Notes: generated from the sequence alone by a model not told the origin. DNA of 64,000 nt from a candidate division FCPU426 bacterium (GCA_963796105.1 CAWCKJ010000012.1:64001-128000), one strand, 5' to 3'; counted from the stretch's first letter, positions 28,336-38,111 are shown. Made by a program: numbers and translations.

Positions 28336-28908
28336 ATGGAAAGCGAAAGGGACCTGGTTCAAAAAATACTTACCGGCGACATGGAAGCCCAAACCCGTTT
28401 TTACCAGGAAAACGCGAAGCGCCTTTACCCCATATGCGTTCACTTTTTGGGGTACCAGGACCAGGACGCCGAGGACCTCGTACAGGACGCCTTCCTCATC
28501 GCATTCAAGAAAATCTCGCAATTTGAGTTCCGATCCTCTCTCTACACCTGGATGGCCCATATTTGCGTGAATCTCTGTTACGAAAGGCTGAGGAAAAGAA
28601 AACGCGAATTGGGAGCGCTTCACGAGGATTTGGAGCGGATGGCCCAACCCCAAGCGGGTATCCGGCTCCAGGACGAACAGATGGAGGCGGAAAAAAAGAC
28701 ACGGCTGGAAACATTGGACCGGCTGATGGGTTCCATGAGCGAAAAATGCAGGCAGGTCCTGGAACTTCGGGACCGCCAGGGCGTAAGTTACATGAATCTT
28801 TCCCGAAGCCTGAAGATGCCGATGGGAACCGTGATGTCCCAACTGGCCCGCTGTAGGAAAGCCTTGAAGACTTTGCTTGAAAGTGAACAAAGGGGAGTGA
28901 AGATTTGA
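28336..28908 (+). CDS. ECF sigma factor
   Basis: AAGGAG RBS; DAEDLVQDAF, FRSSLYTWMAHICVN, MGTVMSQLARCR. Confidence 0.93.
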   Translation: MESERDLVQKILTGDMEAQTRFYQENAKRLYPICVHFLGYQDQDAEDLVQDAFLIAFKKISQFEFRSSLYTWMAHICVNLCYERLRKRKRELGALHEDLERMAQPQAGIRLQDEQMEAEKKTRLETLDRLMGSMSEKCRQVLELRDRQGVSYMNLSRSLKMPMGTVMSQLARCRKALKTLLESEQRGVKI

Positions 28909-29555
28909 ACCCATTACTTGAGGAATATTTCAAGCGGGACCTGACGGAAGAGGAGGAAGCTCGCCTGGGTGAAATCCTCCAGGCTTCCCCTGAGGAGGCG
29001 TTGCTGTTCGCCCAGGGAATGGCCGCCCTTTATCTTGAGTTGGGCCTGCCTGAGCCTGTTTGGCCTGATAAACCCATGAAGTATCCCGGCAATCTGGTAA
29101 AACCGGTTAAGCATTTCCCCTGGATAGTCATTTCAGTCTTGCTCTTGATTCTCCTTCTTTTCAGCCTCTTCAAGTTGAATACAATAAAGGAGCCTTTGCC
29201 AGTTCCTTCCGCCCCTCCCCACCCGAAAGCTCTGATCCGAAAAATCATCAAGGCGGTTCATCCAATGCCACCCGCCCCGATCGCTTCCCGGGTGCCGGCC
29301 CCTCCCCCTAACCGGTACCAGGAAATATCGGCGACCGTGGATATGCCCCAAAGCGGCTTGGCGACGGTGAAGGTTTTCGACCCAGCCGGGAATGTGATTC
29401 GTATCCTTTTTGCCGGCATCCTGCCCTCGGGACCCCAGACATTCATTTGGGACGGAAAAACAAACCAGGGATTAACTTCCTCACCAGGCCTATACACGAT
29501 TGAGGTGAGATCCGGCCAGACCCTGATGAAAAAACAGGTCAAATTACAACAATAA
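28905..29555 (+). CDS. Putative membrane anti-sigma factor with C-terminal FlgD-Ig-like domain
   Basis: LLEEYFKRDLTEEEE N-terminus, one TM, Pro-rich linker, VFDPAGNVIR...WDGKTNQG...PGLY. TTGA overlap with the sigma gene. Confidence 0.78.
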   Translation: MNPLLEEYFKRDLTEEEEARLGEILQASPEEALLFAQGMAALYLELGLPEPVWPDKPMKYPGNLVKPVKHFPWIVISVLLLILLLFSLFKLNTIKEPLPVPSAPPHPKALIRKIIKAVHPMPPAPIASRVPAPPPNRYQEISATVDMPQSGLATVKVFDPAGNVIRILFAGILPSGPQTFIWDGKTNQGLTSSPGLYTIEVRSGQTLMKKQVKLQQ

Positions 29556-29586
29556 ACAAATTATTGGATTTAAAAGAATGCGGTTT

Positions 29587-29625
29587 GTTTTACCCATGTG
29601 TATTGATTTTCCACATGGGTAAAAC
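29587..29625. terminator. Inverted repeat between convergent genes (likely bidirectional terminator)
   Basis: GTTTTACCCATGTG-N11-CACATGGGTAAAAC. Confidence 0.65.
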
Positions 29626-29648
29626 TACTTTAATTAAAAATTTAAAAC

Positions 29649-32600
29649 TTAAAATTTAGAATTACCTTTTGCCGTAATAAGGTAGTAAGAAGTTTTTTCT
29701 TTTGGAGAAATCGAAAACTTTAAAGTACCTTTCGCGGTCCTTGCGTCCAACTTCTTCCCTTCTATTCCCAACGCATCCAAAGGAGTTACACTGTAATCTT
29801 TCCCACTCGCCGTCAAGCTAATATCGGCTTGAACACCTTGCATGAGAATTGGGGTATGTCCGGCATCCTTCAAGGAAGTCCTAGTCGGGTTATAAACCTG
29901 TCCACTGTTCTCGGCCCTGGCAACCGCCACCAATAGGATTTTCGAGGATTCCGCCAGGGGTTTCCGATCCAGGCTGACCGCCAAGACGCTGGCCCAAGGA
30001 TTGCGTTTAGCAGCATTAACCGAAAAGCCTTGGGTGTTGAAAACTTCGCTTGTTCCGATGGCGCCTGTGAATCCTTGAACAAAGGGGCTATCCAGTTTCA
30101 AAATCCCCTTGCTGTAATCAAGCGTCTGCTCCCCAGTTGTGCTTTGGATCACTTTTGCCTGGGCGTCATAAAGCTTTTCAACCTGGGCCAGATCGGAAGC
30201 CACAACTTCCTTGGAACCCGTGAATGTCTTCGCGACTTTGGCCACATAGGGCAGCCAAGGATAGTCGAAAAGCCAACTGCTCTTGCTGCCGTTGGCGAGA
30301 ATATCTTTATCCATGACCGACTCCTGAACAATCACATCCGAGGGTTTCAACAGGCCCTGGCGGAATATGAGGGCTCCAACTTGGTTCAGGGGCTCGTTGT
30401 CCGGCCGGGAGTTGATGGCGAAGTTCGTCATTTTTTGAGCGCCAATGAGCGAAGGCCCATAGTCGAACTGGAGCATGCCGTCCCAGTCCTGCAGACTCGC
30501 GTAAGAGGCCATGAGAACTGGCCCCTCGATACGGTATTCATTGGGCACGCAGTCATTCCATTCTGTGACGATGAGGGGCATTCCCTGCACCGCCGCGTGG
30601 GACAGATTGAACAATAGCGACCCCTGCAAGGGGTTTTTGAGCTGGGAATTGTTGTTCATGGGAGCGTGATCCACATTCTGCCAGCCGCCAGCGATGTTCC
30701 AGATTTGCGGGTGGTCCCAATAGGCATGGGTATCCATGAAATCCATGATGGAGTCGCTCTTGACGTTACCCAGCACCGGAAGGCCCATGTTGCTTCCCGT
30801 TAAAAGCGCGTGGGAACTGATTTTCTTGAGGAATGCCTTCATTTCCAGGTTGCTCTTCATGACCGTTTCGAGCAGAAACTTCAAACTCACGTCGGCGTTT
30901 TCCGGGTTTTGGGTGGGAACCAGCTTCTGGGTGTCCCAATCGAACTTGAAGTGGGATATAGGACCTTTTCCACCCCAGGCTTCGAAAATCTTCTGAAGTT
31001 CATCCCAGAAAGGCTGCGGGAAATTCTGCTCGCCGAAGCCGCAGAAAATGGAGGACTCGTTGACAATCTCGTTGCCCACATAAACAGGATCATCCTTGAG
31101 GGCTATTTTCGTATAAGGATTCACATGAGTTAATAGCATCTCGGCGTATTTCTTGTTGAGTTCGATGACTCGTCGGCTGAAATGAATGACGGTCTTGGAA
31201 CCGTCCTCCAGGTCGGAAGAACCCTCCACATTATCACCCTTGCGAAACTTGCGCCCCACCGACCAGTCAGGATAAACGTAAATTCCATTTTTCTTAAGGG
31301 CCGCGATAAGGTAATCCATCTTGTCCAGCGATTCAGGGTTGAAGGTCTGGGTGTTGTCGGCCTTGGGGTCGAAAAGGCTCACGTCCCCCCAGTTGTTGTC
31401 CAGAAAATGCATGCGCACCAGATTGAATCCGAGTTTTGCCATACGAGCGGCAACCAGGTCGGCCTCTTCATGACCGATGAAGAGGTTAGGACCCACTCCG
31501 TCCGTTCCCCAGAACCTGACGCGGGTGCCGTCAACGAAGGCAAAATGCCCTTTCTTGACCGACACGAAACCATGGGTACCGGCAGGCTTCTCGTTCAGGT
31601 ATGAAAAATCAATCGCTGCGTCCGAAGCCTTGGCAGGTGGCTGATAGGCGTACCAATCCGAGGTGTCGGTAGTCTGTTCGGTCTTGAGGCTGGCCGCGAT
31701 CTTCTTGCCATCAGAATCCAGAAGCGTAAGTGATAAATCATCAAACCATGCCTTACCTGTGCAATTTCCCAGCCCCGCGTCCAGCCAAGCCTGGGTGGCC
31801 CCTGGAGGCAGGGGATATTTTCTCTCGTAATAGGTCCAATCGGTGTCGCCGACCACCTTGCAGACCGAATCCTGCCATCCACCCACTTGCTTGTTTTGGT
31901 CATCCCGGAAATCAATGCCAAGCCGCGCGGCTTCCCATTGCTCCTTGCCCCGAACAACGCCCTGGGGCTTTACCCATCCACTGTAAACCACATATGCGGG
32001 CGTTTTTCCTTGAAAGCTCACCAATTGGCCCGCCAAATTCCAGGAAGGAACATCATTCTGAGCGACATCGCAATGGGCTGATTGGTGGCCGTTACCAGTG
32101 ATATGGCACTGTCCCCAATCGTTGGACCCTGGCATCTCAAAACCCGGGTTCATGATCCAGTTGTCTCCCTTGATCTCCAGGGGAGCTTTGAGATCCGGAT
32201 GGGTGGGTTTCCCCGCCGTGAGGGGTTTAAGGTCGTAATCGTAAACCAGGCACTGTATTCCGCTGTACCAGGCCTTGCCAGTGCAATGGTCCAGAACCAA
32301 GCCTATGCGGGCGTAGGACGCCCCTTGAGGAACCGAGTATTGGTTGGAATAAAAGTCCCAATCGTGAGTGCCCTTGAGCCTGGCGATGTCAGCGGGCCAA
32401 TCCCCGGCTCGAATTCCTTTTTCATCATAGAAAGTCACGGTAATGCGGGCCATTTCCCAATCATGCATGCCCGCCACAGAAACACCCTCAGTCTTCATCC
32501 AACCCGAGACCTCAATAGCTGGGGGAAGCGGCTGTGGCAGTTTGACATCTTGTTCAAGGGCATTCCAAGTGAGTTCAGTGCTTTCCAGGGAAGCAGCAGT

Positions 32601-32759
32601 TTTCCCTTCCCTGCCAGCCTGAGTGACCGGGGCAGGTTTCCACCCTTCTTGGGCCTTGAAATCGCCGTTCACAATCCAATTAATGCTGGGTGAAGCCGTC
32701 AAGGGGCTTCCCATAACCAGGAAAAGCAATAACCATGCTGTGGTCCTATACCTTTTCAT
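29649..32759 (-). CDS. Secreted clan GH-A-like glycoside hydrolase with two N-terminal CBM4/9-like domains
   Basis: Signal peptide; two NGDF/NPGFE...W.DD-type modules; GFNLVRMH, EIVNES (putative acid/base) and VTEWN (putative nucleophile). Confidence 0.78.
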   Translation of the reverse strand: MKRYRTTAWLLLFLVMGSPLTASPSINWIVNGDFKAQEGWKPAPVTQAGREGKTAASLESTELTWNALEQDVKLPQPLPPAIEVSGWMKTEGVSVAGMHDWEMARITVTFYDEKGIRAGDWPADIARLKGTHDWDFYSNQYSVPQGASYARIGLVLDHCTGKAWYSGIQCLVYDYDLKPLTAGKPTHPDLKAPLEIKGDNWIMNPGFEMPGSNDWGQCHITGNGHQSAHCDVAQNDVPSWNLAGQLVSFQGKTPAYVVYSGWVKPQGVVRGKEQWEAARLGIDFRDDQNKQVGGWQDSVCKVVGDTDWTYYERKYPLPPGATQAWLDAGLGNCTGKAWFDDLSLTLLDSDGKKIAASLKTEQTTDTSDWYAYQPPAKASDAAIDFSYLNEKPAGTHGFVSVKKGHFAFVDGTRVRFWGTDGVGPNLFIGHEEADLVAARMAKLGFNLVRMHFLDNNWGDVSLFDPKADNTQTFNPESLDKMDYLIAALKKNGIYVYPDWSVGRKFRKGDNVEGSSDLEDGSKTVIHFSRRVIELNKKYAEMLLTHVNPYTKIALKDDPVYVGNEIVNESSIFCGFGEQNFPQPFWDELQKIFEAWGGKGPISHFKFDWDTQKLVPTQNPENADVSLKFLLETVMKSNLEMKAFLKKISSHALLTGSNMGLPVLGNVKSDSIMDFMDTHAYWDHPQIWNIAGGWQNVDHAPMNNNSQLKNPLQGSLLFNLSHAAVQGMPLIVTEWNDCVPNEYRIEGPVLMASYASLQDWDGMLQFDYGPSLIGAQKMTNFAINSRPDNEPLNQVGALIFRQGLLKPSDVIVQESVMDKDILANGSKSSWLFDYPWLPYVAKVAKTFTGSKEVVASDLAQVEKLYDAQAKVIQSTTGEQTLDYSKGILKLDSPFVQGFTGAIGTSEVFNTQGFSVNAAKRNPWASVLAVSLDRKPLAESSKILLVAVARAENSGQVYNPTRTSLKDAGHTPILMQGVQADISLTASGKDYSVTPLDALGIEGKKLDARTAKGTLKFSISPKEKTSYYLITAKGNSKF

Positions 32760-32898
32760 GATTTCTCCATTGGGATTGGATAAATTTGATCGTTTTTAAT
32801 TATTAGACAACTAAGTACCACAGAAGTGTCAAATGCTTCCATGATTTTTTTATATTTTTATTACGGATTCACTGGGAACAATGCGAAATGAACTTACC

Positions 32899-32936
32899 AA
32901 AAAAAAAGGCGGTTCGCTCCCGCGAACCGCCTTTTT
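32899..32936 (-). terminator. Intrinsic terminator
   Basis: AAAAAGGCGGTTCGC...GCGAACCGCCTTTTT with a long U tail on the minus strand. Confidence 0.85.
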
Positions 32937-32953
32937 GAAAATATTTAGATTTT

Positions 32954-34357
32954 TTAATAAAGCTGCATACTGTCAAGATAGAAAGTATCAGTTTGAAAAT
33001 TATCCGGGCCATTCGTCGCAACCCAAACACCAATTTGTTGAACTTGAGTAGGATCCCCTTTGCTAAATGTCGGTTGGAAATTGAGTTGATACCAATGATT
33101 AGTGGTGTCTGTCAGATTCGTATCAGCCCCATCTTCATAGGCCCAAACAGCACCACTCCAGATGGCCACTTTACCATACGGCCAATTATACGACCCACTG
33201 TCTTGCGATTGGATAAGTGGATTAGTGTAAATAGTGGCAATAATCCCTGTTAAATTGAGGGTTGTCCAATTCTGGGGCGAGCTAAATGGATATTGCATAT
33301 AACAATTTTGTCCGGTTGCGCTCCATGCGCAGTTGACACCCAAAGATCCTGTCGAAGAAGTAAGCCCAGAATCAATGCCACTTTCCCAGGTTAGCGGTGA
33401 AATTGTCACGGAAGCGTCATTTGGAACAACAACCCAACCAGTCAATGACGAAGAAGACGTCATGTAGAGGGAATTGGCCGTGGATACCGTTGGGGTGGAC
33501 GTAAGAGTTGGGGTGGACGTAAGAGTTGGTGTTGGAGTGAATACGGCGGTGGAAGTCAACCAAACGCTATCCACATAAAATGTGACAGGGACGGAGGTGC
33601 CGCTTCCCTCATAAAATAAATGGATGCCGAAATCCGTCACCTGGGTGGCAGCACCCGCTCCTTGCCCGAACGCCGGTGTATAAGAAAGAGTCACCCATTG
33701 ATCCGCAGTAAGACCTGTAGTTTGCCAACCGCTGTCTTCCCACGTCTCAGCAACTAAGGCTTGATCATATAGCTGGTAAGCGTAGTTCCCGCTTGTGCCC
33801 AAGGGAGATGCCACATAAATTCTGTAATTGATTTGCATATTCGTAAGATTCATGTAGCAAGGACTATCATATTCAAAGAAAAAGTTCTGCGTATTCGACA
33901 CGACACCCGAGACTTGCAAACTCTGCGTATTTCCGGTAAAGGTAGGAACGGCGACAAACGCGGTACTTGCAGAAATATTGCTCTTCACGACGCTCCAACC
34001 CTGAAGGCCATTTCCCGAGTTAAATATATAAGTCATCGTGGGTGCGACATAGCAGGGCGTGTTTGTCGAGGTGACAGTAGGCGTGTTCGTCAACGTATTA
34101 GTGAGCGTCGGCGTGTTAGTATTCGTTGGCGTCGGGGAATACGTTACAGTACTCGTTAGTGTGTTCGTCAAAGTTACCGTACTCGTTAATGTCGGTGATT
34201 TAGTCGGCGTTTGCGTTGGTGTTTTGGTTACTGTAGGAGTTGGTGTAGCGGTAGCAGCCGCCGGAGTGGATGGATTTGATTTGGAACCGCATCCTTGGCC
34301 GATGACCCAAGTCGCCATCAGAAGAACCAATGGCATGATCAATAACAAATTTTTCAT
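32954..34357 (-). CDS. Lipoprotein with Thr/Pro linkers and two CBM-like beta-sandwich repeats; original start displaced by an IS
   Basis: Lipobox GQGC, TPT linkers, two related domains ending FYVDSV and FYLDSM. Original MKTKNL start at 35359 with GGAGG RBS. Confidence 0.78.
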   Translation of the reverse strand: MKNLLLIMPLVLLMATWVIGQGCGSKSNPSTPAAATATPTPTVTKTPTQTPTKSPTLTSTVTLTNTLTSTVTYSPTPTNTNTPTLTNTLTNTPTVTSTNTPCYVAPTMTYIFNSGNGLQGWSVVKSNISASTAFVAVPTFTGNTQSLQVSGVVSNTQNFFFEYDSPCYMNLTNMQINYRIYVASPLGTSGNYAYQLYDQALVAETWEDSGWQTTGLTADQWVTLSYTPAFGQGAGAATQVTDFGIHLFYEGSGTSVPVTFYVDSVWLTSTAVFTPTPTLTSTPTLTSTPTVSTANSLYMTSSSSLTGWVVVPNDASVTISPLTWESGIDSGLTSSTGSLGVNCAWSATGQNCYMQYPFSSPQNWTTLNLTGIIATIYTNPLIQSQDSGSYNWPYGKVAIWSGAVWAYEDGADTNLTDTTNHWYQLNFQPTFSKGDPTQVQQIGVWVATNGPDNFQTDTFYLDSMQLY

Positions 34358-35342
34358 GCCTATCCGAACAACGCTTGCGCAGTAATGGGTTTTGCCAAAG
34401 CGCAAGCGGTTAAGGCCCGGTGAAATAAGGAATCTGGGTCATGGCGACGATTGAACCGATAAGTATATTCGCTCAAGTATCCAGGCAGATATTTCACGTT
34501 GACTCCATGATGGGTTCCTAGGATCCAAGCCTTGGCGTTGGAAATGAATCGGTGGACCCAAGGTAACCAGTGATTTAACACCACTGGGTCATTGGCTGTT
34601 ACCTGGTACTCCACATCCACGTTTTCCAAGTTTCTCAAGCTGGGACTGGCATCCGTGTTTATCATGGCGCCTTTCTGGATTGCTTGATCGACGAATGCTT
34701 GGGCTTCCCACTTGGTTTCTGCGGTCACCTTTATCTTTGCAAAACCCGCTTTCTCTTTTTTGCGCCCTTTCTCATCTATCCATTCTTTGCTTTCAACCGC
34801 CACCAGCACTTCAGCCTGGTTTTCCTTTTCTCTCTTGCCGAATACAGCCCCATCCAACTCAATGATTTCCTTGAGTTGGTAATTTTCATCCCTTTGTCGA
34901 AGACTTTCCCGAATCTTATGCAACATCCTCCAAACGGTATCGTAGGAGGGCATTCCCAATTGCCGCTGAAGTTCCAGGGCTGAAATGCCCCTTTTCCCTT
35001 GCATCACCAATCCAATCATCCTCAACCAGGTTAAGATTGGGATCTTGGATTTCCGGAAGATCGTTCCGGCTCGAAGCCGTATTTGCTTTCGACAATAGTC
35101 ACATTCCCGCACTTCGGGGCGGTTTTTGTGTTGCCAGAAACTTTCTCCTTCACATTGTGGGCAAACAAAGTCTTTTCCGGCAAAACGGCTCTTCCACACC
35201 CATTGACGTGCCTTTTCTTCTGTATCGATTTCCTTGAAAATCTCAATCCCCTTCATCCGTTGGTAGTTCATAATTTGCCCCTCCAACAATGAGTATACTC
35301 CTGTATTCCTTTATTTCAACAGGTACCGTTTGGAGAGGCATT
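34355..35342 (-). mobile_element. IS1595-family insertion sequence (988 bp)
   Basis: Imperfect TIRs ATGCCTATCCGAAC and ATGCCTCTCCAAAC. Target duplication AAATTTTT at 34347-34354 and 35343-35350 (boundaries could shift by 1 bp). Confidence 0.9.
34360..35271 (-). CDS. IS1595-family DDE transposase
   Basis: Zn ribbon CPQC...CDYC, AGTIF, GISALELQRQLG, ELDG, TD, GTHHGV, YLSEYTYRFNRR. Confidence 0.95.
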   Translation of the reverse strand: MNYQRMKGIEIFKEIDTEEKARQWVWKSRFAGKDFVCPQCEGESFWQHKNRPEVRECDYCRKQIRLRAGTIFRKSKIPILTWLRMIGLVMQGKRGISALELQRQLGMPSYDTVWRMLHKIRESLRQRDENYQLKEIIELDGAVFGKREKENQAEVLVAVESKEWIDEKGRKKEKAGFAKIKVTAETKWEAQAFVDQAIQKGAMINTDASPSLRNLENVDVEYQVTANDPVVLNHWLPWVHRFISNAKAWILGTHHGVNVKYLPGYLSEYTYRFNRRHDPDSLFHRALTACALAKPITAQALFG

Positions 35343-35764
35343 AAATTTTTCGTCTTCATGTATCCTCCAAATTATTTTTAAATTTTTCGGCAAACTTTCA
35401 ATTTTGCCAGGGACATAGAGTAATTAGAAGAAATGAAAATGTCTATCCTAAAGCGTTTAAGGGAATGTAAAATCGATTACCTTTGAAATTGATTTTAAAA
35501 AATTGCTTTTTAAAAGTAAAAAAAAGCTAAAAAATTTGGCCTTTGCCGAAAATCCACTTCTTTCAACAAAGCGTTTTCAAACCAGCTGAAAAATCGTTTT
35601 TCCCTTTAAAACGATGCAATAAATCAAGAAGTTCCCAAAATTTTTTGGTTTTTGGACAATTTTCATGGCAATAATGGGCAAATCTTGTAATATGTCGCCT
35701 TCCCAAAGACGATTATTCAGGGATGCAATTAAATTTTAATTATTAGTAGAAAGGTAGTTGCGGC

Positions 35765-35965
35765 ATGGCACAAGGTACAGTCAAGTGGTTCAAGAATGAG
35801 AAAGGTTTTGGCTTCATTTCCCAAGACGGAGGCGAGGACGTGTTCGTCCACTTCTCCTCTATCCAAACGGATGGATTTAAATCCCTCAACGAAGGAGACC
35901 GTGTGGAGTTTGAGGTTACCCAAGGGCAGAAGGGGCTGAAGGCCGAAAACGTTCGCAAGATCTAA
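35765..35965 (+). CDS. cspA: Cold-shock protein
   Basis: GTVKWF, KGFGFI, DVFVHFS. Confidence 0.96.
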   Translation: MAQGTVKWFKNEKGFGFISQDGGEDVFVHFSSIQTDGFKSLNEGDRVEFEVTQGQKGLKAENVRKI

Positions 35966-35976
35966 TCTTGCGGCTC

Positions 35977-36014
35977 AAAAAAAAGCCTCCGGGTTCCCTC
36001 CCGGGGGCTTTTTT
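35977..36014. terminator. Bidirectional intrinsic terminator
   Basis: A-run, GCCTCCGGG...CCCGGGGGC, T-run. Confidence 0.85.
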
Positions 36015-36031
36015 GTTTTAAAGCGATTCTT

Positions 36032-36718
36032 TTACCAATTCGAACATTTGGCTTGGGTTCTGCGGTAGTTCTCCATGGTGTCGATTTGATTATTGTTTCT
36101 CATGACCTCGTCTTTGAACCTTTTATAGATTGGGTCCACTATCCCCTTGATCCTGGCCGCTAGGATATTCTTAGCCTGATTGAGGGATGAAAACGAAAGA
36201 GGATTTGCCTTTGTCGGCAGTGACATAGCCCCCTTGATGGCCGTTTCCATTTTTTCCCTATATTTTTTCAGCGTGGCTAAATTGATGCTCACATGCTGGT
36301 TTTCATGGTCACGAATGACTTGATAGGGGCAACTTCCCTCTCCATATTGGCTAGAGATGAATACATCCATCCGAGTGTAGGAAAAATCCACGTCCAATGA
36401 CTCCAGCCAAACGCAAACCCGCTTTCTGTCGCTTCGTCCCATTCCGCTGATCCGAAAATCAGTTTTCAATTCATGCTCGGCGAGGGTAAGACCGGGTTCG
36501 TGCATATTCCTCATGTGAAGTTTCTGGTGGCGCAAAGCCTCAATCTGTCTCGTGCTGTGATCATGGTAATAGGTGGGCTCAATGGGCCTGCTGATGATAT
36601 GGAACACTGAAGAACTGTCGAAAGTCGGATCTGGATTGCATTGTGCATAAACATTTAATCCATTAAGAAAAAACAGGATACCAATCACAACAAAAAATTC
36701 ACTTCTAGTCTTTCTCAT
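36032..36718 (-). CDS. Secreted protein with HExxH motif (DUF922-like putative Zn peptidase)
   Basis: Signal peptide from MRKTRSEFF; HENQH motif. Confidence 0.6.
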   Translation of the reverse strand: MRKTRSEFFVVIGILFFLNGLNVYAQCNPDPTFDSSSVFHIISRPIEPTYYHDHSTRQIEALRHQKLHMRNMHEPGLTLAEHELKTDFRISGMGRSDRKRVCVWLESLDVDFSYTRMDVFISSQYGEGSCPYQVIRDHENQHVSINLATLKKYREKMETAIKGAMSLPTKANPLSFSSLNQAKNILAARIKGIVDPIYKRFKDEVMRNNNQIDTMENYRRTQAKCSNW

Positions 36719-37374
36719 TTCAATTCCTTTTGAAGATCTCTCGTTTTTATGCTTCCGGTTAAAATATCCGCTCCTAAGGCATAGGGGTCCAAAACCCTCT
36801 CCCCTTTTCCCAGAACCGATGCCAGAAAGGCAAACCGCCCTAACAATGGGTCGTATTGGAATTTCCAGGCCCATTTGAAGCTTCGGCAGGCCGTTTCTCC
36901 AAGGTAAGTCCCCAAAACACCCAACCTTATCAAGGCATCTTCCCGATTCCCTATCTCGTCCAAAAGTATTGGAATTTGACTTGAAAGCCTGGGAAGTGAA
37001 TCCTCTTTGAAGTCGGGATTGATCTCCTTTAAATCCTCATCGGCGTTCCGAACCAACCGGGAAATGGTCCTTTCAGCGTTGGCTAAATCATTCTCCAGCG
37101 GTTGATTCGCCGCTTTTCGGCCCGAAATGATTTCTTTAATAAGCAGTAACGCTTTTTTCCTCTTTTGGAAGAGAAAATACCAACGGCGGAAAGCCACCAT
37201 TCCGAAAAGAACGCTCCCAAACACGGCGCTTCCGATGACTCCCGTCAAGGGGACCATAGGGAAGAATTGATTTGGAAAAAGGATCCTTAACAAACCACTC
37301 GCTAACAACAGAACTGAAAGAACCAAAAAAAGCAAGAATTGGGGGATATCCCTTTTCAAATCAAAACCTTTCAC
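36715..37374 (-). CDS. Hypothetical membrane protein
   Basis: Two N-terminal TMs; 4-bp overlap with the next gene. Confidence 0.65.
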   Translation of the reverse strand: MKGFDLKRDIPQFLLFLVLSVLLLASGLLRILFPNQFFPMVPLTGVIGSAVFGSVLFGMVAFRRWYFLFQKRKKALLLIKEIISGRKAANQPLENDLANAERTISRLVRNADEDLKEINPDFKEDSLPRLSSQIPILLDEIGNREDALIRLGVLGTYLGETACRSFKWAWKFQYDPLLGRFAFLASVLGKGERVLDPYALGADILTGSIKTRDLQKELK

Positions 37375-37532
37375 AAAAGGTTTCTAAAAACTACTGTTTT
37401 TATGAAACTTTAAATTGCTTTATCCCGCCACATAATGGGACTTTTAATTCCTTTGATTATGAGGCATTTCCTTGCTGCGCCTCTGTGCGCTGCCGCAGGC
37501 AGCCTGTGGTGTAAGCCTTTTTGTTAGAAGAT

Positions 37533-38111
37533 TTAATACTCAATGCCCTCTTTCGAGGGTAATTTTTTATCAAAATAATGCTTCACTTTTCGCATTTCCG
37601 TCACTAAATCCGCCTTTTTAATAAGGCCTGGCCATACTTGGTGACCGGTAATTACCATCTCGCAACGGCGTTTACGGTCGTAAAGCTTTACCAGTTCCAT
37701 CACGTCTTTTTGGGTCAATAGTTTGCACATCACCGCCGCCAATAACTCGTCCAGAATCAAAAGATCCTGTTTCCCTGACCGGATCAATTCCATGGATTTT
37801 GCCAAGGCCGCTTGGGCTTCCTTGAAGTCCTCCGATTCGTTCCGGAACCGGAATGCATTTGGGCCAAGCACTCTCTCCCTGCCGAATGAATAGAGGGCCA
37901 TTTGGGATAGGGTGCGAAGGACCTTTCTCTCGGAATAATGTTCCCTTCCTCTTCGATGCCCCTTATCAAACTGGATCAAGACGGCTTTTTTCCCCGCACC
38001 CAACATCCGAATGGCCAAGCCGATGGCGGTAGTGGTTTTTCCTTTGCCATAACCATAGTAAACATGCAATCGATGCCGCTGAATTCCCATGCTTAAAATC
38101 TCCTTAGCCAA
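37533..38111 (-). CDS. btuR: Cob(I)alamin adenosyltransferase (CobA/CobO/BtuR type)
   Basis: YYGYGKGKTTTAIG, DLLILDE, ITG, ADLVTEM..VKHYF, GIEY. Confidence 0.9.
   Translation of the reverse strand: MAKEILSMGIQRHRLHVYYGYGKGKTTTAIGLAIRMLGAGKKAVLIQFDKGHRRGREHYSERKVLRTLSQMALYSFGRERVLGPNAFRFRNESEDFKEAQAALAKSMELIRSGKQDLLILDELLAAVMCKLLTQKDVMELVKLYDRKRRCEMVITGHQVWPGLIKKADLVTEMRKVKHYFDKKLPSKEGIEY

Noticed and set aside
33488..33528. 18-bp direct repeat as a separate element
   Set aside because: It is an in-frame duplication encoding the LTSTPT linker of the lipoprotein.
34358..34405. N-terminal extension MRFGKTHYCASVVRIG of ORF 32954-34405
   Set aside because: It lies inside the IS end. The true starts are 35359 (ancestral) or 34357 (junction).
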